Assembly (NCBI GenBank): GCA_951406725.2
Contig: OX597829.1
Coordinates: 56,978,001-57,042,000, forward strand
DNA from: Octopus vulgaris
Taxonomy: Eukaryota
Reading direction: 5' to 3'
DNA length: 64,000 nucleotides
The notes under the pieces are model-generated. The model made no database searches. It worked only from the letters and a program-made list of their open reading frames with translations, and was not told the DNA's origin. Below, piece after piece: positions 54,841 through 64,000 of the stretch. The translations under genes were made by a program, and so were the position numbers. Position 1 is the stretch's first letter. Every line of letters begins with the position of its first letter.

Positions 54841-55314
54841 ATGGAAAGCGGATCTGAAATGATGATGATGATATACGTATGTATCTATGTACGTGTGTCT
54901 GTGTTTGTTACCCCATCACCACTTGACAACTGCTGTTGGTGTGTTTATGTCAACATAACTTAGTGGTTTGGCAAAGGAGACCGATAGAATAAGCACTAGG
55001 CTTTAAAAAATAACTCCTGGGGTTGACTTGGTATGGTTTCTATAGCTGGATGCCCTCCCTAACACTAACCGCTCCATGAGTGTAATGGGTGCTTTTATGT
55101 GCCACCAGCACAGGTGCCATTCGCATGACACCAGTATCTGCCACGGCTTATTTTATTTGGCTTGATGGATCTTCCTTCTCAATCATAATGCAAAAGGTCT
55201 CAGTCATTTGTCACTGTCTCCATTGAGGCCCGATGCACGAAAGGTGCTTTTTACATACCATCGGCACAGGTGCCGATTATGTGACACCAGCATCGGCCAC
55301 GACTATGATTTCAC

Positions 55315-55365
<51 letters not shown>

Positions 55366-55400
55366 CATATTTGTAGATATATATGTATATATATTTGTAG

Positions 55401-55447
<47 letters not shown>

Positions 55448-56109
55448 AGCTATATATAATATATATATATACATACATATTTGACATTACTATGTATATA
55501 TTCATATATAGATGTACATCTATATTCACACATACGTATATCTATACATACATACTGATACACATAGTATGTACAACATGTACATTTGTATACACACACA
55601 CACACAGGGCTGAGTATAAACCATTGAATACATTAACTGAATGTAATTGTCTATAATTAACTCCTCTTGTTTCACAGACACTCACCCACTCTGTTTTTCT
55701 CTTACCGTCTACCCTTCTCTCTTTCCCTCTCTCACATACACCTTACACTCTCCTTAGATATCGTTGATGACACCACCACCACCACCACCACCACCACCAC
55801 CACCACCGCCACCGCCGCCGCTGCTACATGTGCAAAACAATTTTTTTGTTGCTGTTGTTAAGTGATACCAAGCTATTCTTTTTTTTTTTGTGGTTTTTAT
55901 TTACATTGTTTTTGTTATTCTAAACAGCACGTGAATCTCCTTTACAGCAAAAGCCTCGAATGTCGTTAAGTGGAAATAATTCGCAGAGATAAACTATATT
56001 ATTCGTCCTTGGATAAACTTTTAAAAATTAAAGTTATTAACAGAAAAAATTCACTTGTATAAATCTGGTAGCATCTGTCTCAATAATCATCTGTATGTGT
56101 GTGTGTGTT

Positions 56110-56157
<48 letters not shown>

Positions 56158-56160
<3 letters not shown>

Positions 56161-57405
56161 TCGTCGTCATCGTTTAACATCCGATTTCCATGCTGCCATG
56201 GGTTGGACGGTTTGACTGAGGGCTGGTGAGCCAGAAGGTTACACCAGGCTCCAATCCGATCTGGCAATGTTTCTACAGCTGGATGCCCTTCCTTCCTAAC
56301 TCCAATAGTGCAGTAGGTGCTTTTTACGTGCCACCGGCATGGGGGCCAGTCAGGCAGTACTGACATTGGCCATACTTGACTGGTACTTTTTACATGCCAT
56401 TGGCATGGGAGCCTGTCAGGCGGCACTAGCAACAATCATGCTTGAATGGTGCTTTTTACGTGCTACCAGCATGGGAGCCAGTCAGGCAGCACTGGCACTG
56501 ACCATGCTCGAATGGTGCTCTTTACATACCACTGGCACGGGTGCAATTAGACAGTATTGTCATCAGCCACGACGATGACTTCACTTGCCTCAACAGATCT
56601 TCACATGTGCAGTCTATAGCCCAATGATTGAAGGGTACTCTTAAATGGGCTGGTTATGTTGCACTGGCATAGGCCACAGTTAGTCTCACTTAGCTTATCA
56701 GGTCTTCTCAAGCACAGCGCATCTCCAAAGGTCTCGGTCACTTGTCATCACCTCAGTGAGGACCAACGTTTTAAGGTTGTGTTTCACGACCTCATCCCAG
56801 GTCTTCCTGGGTCTACCTCTTCCACTGGTTCCTTCTAATGCTAGGGTGTGGCACTTTTTCATACAGCTCTCTTTATCCATATGCAACACATGACCATACC
56901 AGCGCAGTTGTCTCTCTTGCACACCACATCTGATGCTTCTTAGGTCCAACTTTTCTCTCAAGGTACTTACACTCTGTCAAGTATGCATGCTGACGTTACA
57001 CATCCATTGGATCATACTGGATTCATATCTTGCGAGCTTACGCATGTCCTCAGCAGTCACAGCCCATGTTTCACTGCCATGTAGCATGGCTATTCTTACA
57101 CATGCGTCATACAGTCTGTCTTTTACTCTGAGCGAGAGGCCTTTTGTCGCCAGCAGAGGTAAGAGTTCTCTGAACTTTGCCCAGGCTATTCTTATTTTAG
57201 CAGCTACACTTTCAGAGCAGCCACCCTCGCTACTGACTTGGTCACCTAGGTAACAGAAGCTATCAACTACTTGTAGTTTTTCCCTCTAGAATGTGACAGA
57301 AGCTGTTTTCTGCACATTTTCAGTGTTTATTGCCTGAACATTTGCCACACACAAAAACTATCTTCCTAGTTAGCCTTCCTTTGATATTGCTGCACCTCTT
57401 GTGTG
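56158..57405 (-). mobile_element. 5'-truncated RTE-clade LINE
   Basis: Same family as 61558-62656 (LRWYGHVLHM, GRGRPRKTWDEVV, upstream YLGDQVSSEGGCSESVAAKIRIAWAKFRELLPLL); tail at about 56158. Confidence 0.9.
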
Positions 57406-57972
57406 TCCATAGCTCAGTTTCTTTAAAATATTTTTCACCTCTTCATCCCATGTCTTCTTGGGTCTTCCTCTTCCACAGATTCCCTCCCCATTTAGAGATC
57501 GGAACCTTCCCTCCACCTTCCAGTCTCCCCTGTTGAATCTCTTCCCCACGACATATCCTCTTAGCCCCTACCTTTACCTCTGTGCACTCACTACAATCCC
57601 TCCACTCCATCTATCACCCTCCTTACCCAACCTCATAGTCTTATCCACCCACTCACCCTATCCAATCCTTGGCCCTAATCCACTTATATACACCTACCTG
57701 TAACATGAATCTACCCCCAAATACTGTTACAGCTTCACTGTTTCCTTCTCCTGAGGTACCCCTATATCTCCTCTGCTGCATGACACCTATTTCTGCCCCT
57801 TTATTTATACTCCTGTCTCATCACCTGGCACAAAGCCACTTCACTCAATACTACTCCCCACTCAATGGAGGGGGAGGAGCCTTGTCTTGTGATGATGATG
57901 ATGATGATGATGATACATGCATAAAATTGCCATGGATATATTTTTTGATGTTTATGCATCAGTTCCCTTTAT

Positions 57973-58003
<31 letters not shown>

Positions 58004-58586
58004 TATTGAAGGTAACATTTTTTTGTGTATTTCAGTGCTCTCTAAAATAACCACACACTTCAATTTTTTTTTGGCTCTGAGGAATCTGAAAACTGATGCA
58101 CAAGCACTCAGCTCTGAATGCACTGCTCCTTCCAGTAGAAACAGTTGTGAGCTAATGATGTTGCTTATATAATTCCTGTTCCTTTGACATTCAGTCAGTT
58201 CATTCAAGCTCTAACTCAGTATCATAAGGATGCTGTATTTCACTGACACACTTTGTGTATCTTAAATACTTAGTGCACATTCATGTGTTTGTGTATGTAT
58301 AGACACATTTGTCTTCTCTAATTCTATCTTTGTGATGAAGGTTGTACAAATAAAACGTCAAGGCATTTTTATTTCTATTTCTCGCGATGTGAAACTATAA
58401 CTATAGCTTTCTTTTATTGTATTTTATCTGCTTTTATGTTGTCATTTTCCTAAATCTAATTTCATTATCTTTTTGTCTCTCCCTCCACCACCACTCCATC
58501 ATGCCTCTCTCAAATACATATTCACAGCATGACCATGGCTACTGGCTTGAATGTAAAAGAGAATACACATATATGAATGTACATAT

Positions 58587-58629
<43 letters not shown>

Positions 58630-59281
58630 GGTTTAAGAGACAGAACCATCTGATTCATATACATTAGATATGTTAAAAAGACAGGACTAATCTGATTCAT
58701 ATACATTAGATAGACTACATGCATTTCATGACAATAAATCTATTGATATTGCTAAAGTAGAAGGTCTCGAAATTCAAAACTTTTTCGATCTGACTATACT
58801 GCCAATCTTCAGGTCTGGATTATATAAAACTATTTTACTGTTTACAACCTATATAGAGACATGATAATTAAAATTATACATTTAGAAATCATCGAAGTAA
58901 TTATTTTAACTAAATATTAGTAATTGCAGGTATTAAGTAGATAATATTTATTCTTATATATCTCTATCATAGATAGTGTCGTTCAATGTTGATTGAGTTG
59001 CTTGAAGGTGGTTTTGTCTCTTAAACCTATCTATCTATATACATATATATATATAAAATACAGTTGGAAATTCATTTTAGTACCACTAAATTGAATTTCC
59101 CTCCCCTGTGGACTTGGAAATAAATGCCCTAATATTAATAATTATATATATATATACACACACACACACAAATATGTATAGAGAAAATTTGCTGCTGCAT
59201 ATCAGCCCAAAGTGTTATATTTCCAAAAATAATATTCTAAACCAAGACTAAATCACGCATGCATGTGCATATGTGCATCAG

Positions 59282-59332
<51 letters not shown>

Positions 59333-60016
59333 TGTGTAATAAAAACGATTTTACATGTGTATCAATATAATTCTTCACAACCACTTCACAATCTCAATAT
59401 ATGTTATTGATTCTTTAAAAAGCATATCATGAAAATTCATCATACTTTAAGATTTATCGATAAATACTAAATTTTCCTCCCTAAAATATATGTCAAAAGT
59501 ATCTATCACTTCATTTTGGCAAATTTTCAAGGTCTTTTATGTTTGTGAAAATGAAAATAAAAATAAAAATAATAAATTAAGAGATCACACAGAACATAGG
59601 AAAATAATGTGGTAAAGATTTTATAGAATATTAACCTTGTTTATTTTGGTTTTATGTATGTTGTATTTCATTGATGTATTCTTTCATTGTATTCAGACTC
59701 TATATTTCAACATCATAAATATTATATACGTAATGGTTGATTTTATGAAATTTTTGTTGCACTTCATCGGATATCTAAGTATTTATCCACGATGTATAAC
59801 GATTTATCTGGGGAAACCACTACACCACGCATGATTTACAAGTAAATGATTGTCCCTCAGCTAACAAAGAAAGAAAGAAAAAAAGGAAAGAAAGAAAAAA
59901 AGGAAAGAAAGAAAAAAAGGAAAGAAAGAAAAAGATAGAAAGGAAGAAGGGCAGAGGATTTCTGAAACATCTAATATCCCTGTGTAACCACCTATTGCTG
60001 TTTTATATATATATAT

Positions 60017-60315
60017 CTTTTACTTATTTCAGTCATTAGACTGGGGCCATGCTGGGGCACTGCTTTGGATTTTTAGTCAAATGAATCGACTTATTTATTA
60101 AGCCTGGTACTTATTTTAGTGGTCTCTTTTGCCAAACTGCTAAGTTACAGGGATGTAAGCAAACCAACACCAATTTTCAGGCAGTGATTGGGGAACAGAT
60201 ACAGACACAAAGACACATATACACACACACACACACACACACTCATATATATATATATACATACATATACATACATACATATACATACATACATATATAC
60301 ATACATATATATACA

Positions 60316-60351
<36 letters not shown>

Positions 60352-60366
60352 CATACATATACATAC

Positions 60367-60405
<39 letters not shown>

Positions 60406-60605
60406 CATATATATACATACATACATATATATATATATATAAATATGACGGGCTTCTTTCAGTTTCCGTCTGCCAAATCCACACGCAAGGCTTTGGTTGG
60501 CCTTGAGGTCATAGTAGAAGACTCTTGCCCAAGGTGCCACGCTGTAGGACAGAACCTGGAAACATGTGGTTGGGAAGTAAGCTTCTTACCACACAGCCAC
60601 TCCTG
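60017..60605 (-). mobile_element. SINE family B with expanded internal microsatellite; other copies at about 9587-9755 (+), 11670-11975 (-), 15290-15645 (-), 24572-24800 (+), 44050-44382 (-), 48985-49150 (+), 61323-61452 (+), 63420-63655 (-)
   Basis: Recurrent consensus gtggctgtgtggtaagaagctt..ccaaccacatggttc..gggttcagtccca..gcaccttgggcaagtgtcttctactatag..accaaagccttgtgagtggatttggta..ggaaactgaaagaagcc. Confidence 0.8.
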
Positions 60606-60625
60606 CATCTATATATATATATATG

Positions 60626-61298
60626 GGGTGGGGGATGAGCTGGAAGAAGATGGCCATGACGTCAATGGTCAAGAGATTGACCGGAAGAGGAAGCGTGAGA
60701 AGGGAAGTGCGGGAGAGACAGGACAGGATCAGCCTCTTTTCACCGGCTGAGGCATCGTGAACGAACGTCAGGGAATTTGCTCCCGAGTTGGTCAGATAGC
60801 AGCTGCTTATACTGGGTGACAGGGTAGGGTAGGATCACTGGAGCGACTACTACTAAACAACCGCAGATGAGAGAGGAAGGTAGCTGAACCTCCTTTCATT
60901 TCCCACATGTGATAAGCTATTACGGCAATTGTGTACAGACGTTGTTGTCCCCTTGATATATGACGGCTGCAGGCAGTTGTGATTGACCATGTGATAGACG
61001 GGATTGACATGGTAATGGGGATGGATGTGATTGACTGCCTTGGAGGTATAAGCATTGGAGGAGATGTTGTTCCGTTTGGTGCCATGGAAGCGTTGTGCGC
61101 CGTGAGTCAGGAATGTGAGTGGGAGCAAAGCTCTGCGAGGAGCTGCACTGCCTATGCCATTGAAGACAAGGATTTTCAGCCATTGAAAAGAGGCTGACCC
61201 CGTCTTGTCTCCCCTGCACATCCCTTCTCATGCTTCCTCTTCCAGTCAGTCCCTTGACTATTGACGTCATGGCCCTCTTCTTCTGGCTCATCTTCACA
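60626..61298. mobile_element. TG...CA element with inverted arms of about 125 bp, inserted in (TA)n; interior resembles a Gypsy-type protease fragment
   Basis: 60630-60750 matches the reverse complement of 61176-61298 (roughly 80% by eye); interior reads VIDHVIDGIDMVMGMDVIDCLGGISIGG...IEDKDFQ. Confidence 0.6.
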
Positions 61299-61453
61299 AT
61301 ATATATATATATATATATATATAGGTGTGGCTCTGTGGTAAGAAATTTGTTTACCAACCACATGGTTCCCGGCAACTGTCTTCTACTATAGCCATGGGCT
61401 AACCAAAGCCCTGCGAGTGAATTTGGTTGATGAAAACTGAAAAAAGTCTGTTT

Positions 61454-61484
<31 letters not shown>

Positions 61485-61557
61485 TGCTTGAACATACAAC
61501 AGGTAGAATATTTGAGTCAGATATCTAATTATATTTATATATATATACATACATACA

Positions 61558-62656
61558 TGTATGATGCGTACATCATACATGTATGATGCGTGTGTACATA
61601 CATACATCATACATGTATGATGCGTGTGTACGAACAGCCATGCTACATGGCAGTGAAACATGGGCCGTGACTGCTGAGGATATGCGTAAGCTCGCTAGAA
61701 ATGAAGCCAGTATGCTCCGATGGATGTGTAATGCCGGTACTCACACTCGGCAGAGTGTAAGTACCTTGAGAGAAAAGCTGGACCTAAGAAGCATCAGTTG
61801 TGGTGTGCAAGAGAGACGTTTGCGCTGGTATGGTCATGTGGCGAGAATGGATGAAGATAGTTGTGTGAAAAAGTGCCACACCCTAGCGGTTGAGGGAACC
61901 TGTGGAAGAGGCAGACCCAGGAAAACCTGGGACGAGGTGGTGAAGCACGACCTTCGAACTTTAGGTCTCACTGAGGAAATGACTAGAGACCGAGACCTCT
62001 GGAAGTGTGCTGTGCGCGAGAAGACCCGGCAGGACAAGTGAGTCCATAACCCATGGCCTTCTACATGGGATGGAGCCGGCCTACGTATGCATACCTTCCC
62101 TTCTTGGGACACAAAACTCTACTTGTGAAGACGTGTTGAGGCAAGTGAGGATCAGAATCGAAATCGATCAATGGAAATTGCGGATGTGCTACCAGTGCCG
62201 GTGGCATGTCAAAACTCTGCTTGTGAAGACCCGTTGAGGCAAGTGAGAATCAGAATCGAAATCGATCAATGGAAATCGATCAATGGAAATTGCAGATGTG
62301 TTACCAGTGCCGGTGGCATGTAAGAGAACTTTCCGTTTCGCGACCGTTGCCAGCACCGCCCCGTTTCGTGTCCGTTGCCAGCCTCGCCTGGCCCTCGTGC
62401 CGGTGGCACATAAAAAGCACCATCCGTTCGTGGCCGTTTGCCAGCTCTGTCTGGCACCAGTGCGGGTGGCACGTAAAAAGCACCCACTACACTCACGGAG
62501 TGGTTGGCGTTAGGAAGGGCATCCAGCCGTAGAAACACTGCCAGATTTGACTGGGCCTGATGAAGCCTTCTGGCTTCACAGACCCCAGTAGAACCGTCCA
62601 ACCCATGCTAGCATGGAAAACGGACGCTAAACGATGATGATGATGATGATGATGAT
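61558..62656 (+). mobile_element. 5'-truncated RTE-clade LINE, young copy
   Basis: Open C-terminal ORF YDACVRTAMLHGSETWAVT...RRLRWYGHVARM...GRGRPRKTW...RDRDLW; subrepeated 3' UTR; (GAT)n tail; CpGs retained. Confidence 0.92.
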
Positions 62657-62671
62657 ACATACAAATATATA

Positions 62672-63075
62672 CGAGGTCTGATTAATAAGTATCCAGATTG
62701 TTGCCATAGTAATGAAGCTAAAGCATGCAGAGAGAAGCTGATTGGTAAAAACTGACCTTGAACTCTGTTGTACTATTTTTTGACAGTCTGGTTCACTTTT
62801 GCTGTTTACAGCAGTGCTCAGAAGAAAGGTGTGTAGCATGTGAGCATTGCATTAAGCATGAATCTGCCTCACATTTTGCCAAAAGCTTGGTGATGCCTGC
62901 TCAGAAGCCTTTGCAATGTTCCAGAAAGTGTATGGAGAAGAAGCATGTACGAGCTGAAAAAAATGTTGATGGTAATGAACGTTCTGGAAGACCCACAGCC
63001 AGCAGAACTGAGAAAAACATCACAGAGTTTGGGAGAAATTGTTGAACCATGGCATCTGAGTTATCAGAGGATCTG
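62672..63075 (+). mobile_element. Mariner transposon 5' relic
   Basis: TA followed by a CGAGGTCTG terminus; FCQKLGDACSEAFAMFQKVYGEEA and VDGNERSGRPTASRTEKNI match the mariner N-terminal HTH region. Confidence 0.75.
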
Positions 63076-64000
63076 CAGATTCAAATTACCCAGGTTCAAG
63101 CTTCAGTCTTTCACCTTATCATCTGGCAAAATGATTTCCTAATGAAGGAACAATGGGGCAGTCTTAACTACACGATTAGTCCCCAACAGAGAGAGAGAGA
63201 GAGAAAGAGGGACAGAGAGAGAGAGAAAGAGAGAGAGGGAGAGAGAGAAAAAGAGGGAGAGAGAGATTGAACTGAGATGTCTGTGAATAAGGAAAAAAAA
63301 AAAACAACCCCTTCTATCATAGGTTTGCTGAATCAGGTCTGACTTATGATTGAACAACACTAGTATTATAACTGGTAATATGGCCATCCCCCCAAAGGAA
63401 AGGCACATTAGGTAATAATTTTATTCTTTTACTCACTGAACTGCAGCCATGTTAAGGCATCAGATTATTTCAACTACATTGACCTTATTTTTAAGAGTGG
63501 TGCTTATCTTTTTAATATCTCTTTGGTGAACTACTAAGTCATTAAACAGAGTGCCATTTTTCAAGCGGTGCTCATGTAAAGACAAATACACACACACTCA
63601 AACACATGCACTGAGCTTCTGCATAGTTTCCATCAATCAATTTCACTCACAAGGAAGACTAATGCTTTTGTGAATGAAATAGAGATTCTACAGGTTCTTT
63701 CATTTCCATCCACATTTAAGAATCTGTCAATGGGAAAATAAAGCAGCCTGCCACTTTTTTGATACATATATTGGTGGGTATGCTTTGATGCTTTACCTTT
63801 TACCAGAATCTTTTGATCCGAGTGCAGTAAAAGATTCCGCTCTTATATCCTTGTTACATTAACCATGTGTTAACAAAGCAAGGACAGGCCAGATTGTAAT
63901 GGCATACTGTCATATAATATGCACTGAAGACAAAATCTCAATGTTCATATTTTAAATGCATTTAATACACATGAAATGTTACGACTGACAACACACACAT

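Noticed and set aside
62555-62580. CTGATGA followed by a hairpin in the RTE tail
   Set aside because: No GAAA box, and other copies read ctggtgcagcc, so it is a chance variant.

Overview
AT-rich, repeat-saturated eukaryotic DNA, inferred to be an octopus/cephalopod-type genome from its (TA)n/(CA)n/(GA)n microsatellites, tRNA-headed SINEs and RTE LINEs with (GAT)n tails. Nearly all listed ORFs are microsatellite or transposon artefacts. The only credible host coding piece is a minus-strand, ATG-starting exon at 28731-28933 (acidic N-terminus, GT-AAGT donor); I could not find its downstream exons. Transposon content: 5'-truncated RTE LINEs, an RTE endonuclease relic, a Tx1/L1 RT relic and a CR1/L2-like relic; a bounded Merlin (IS1595-like) element with a perfect 8-bp TSD, plus Merlin-type MITEs and a second Merlin transposase relic; Tc1/mariner and hAT derivatives; and many foldback elements. 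The most notable non-coding signal is a type I hammerhead ribozyme with an intact core at 39332-39376, inside a 40-bp inverted-repeat element, plus two variant hammerhead-like motifs in Penelope-like repeat ends. CpG content appears to switch between poor flanks (about 1-19 kb and 54-64 kb) and a rich centre. All calls are by eye; no database searches were run.
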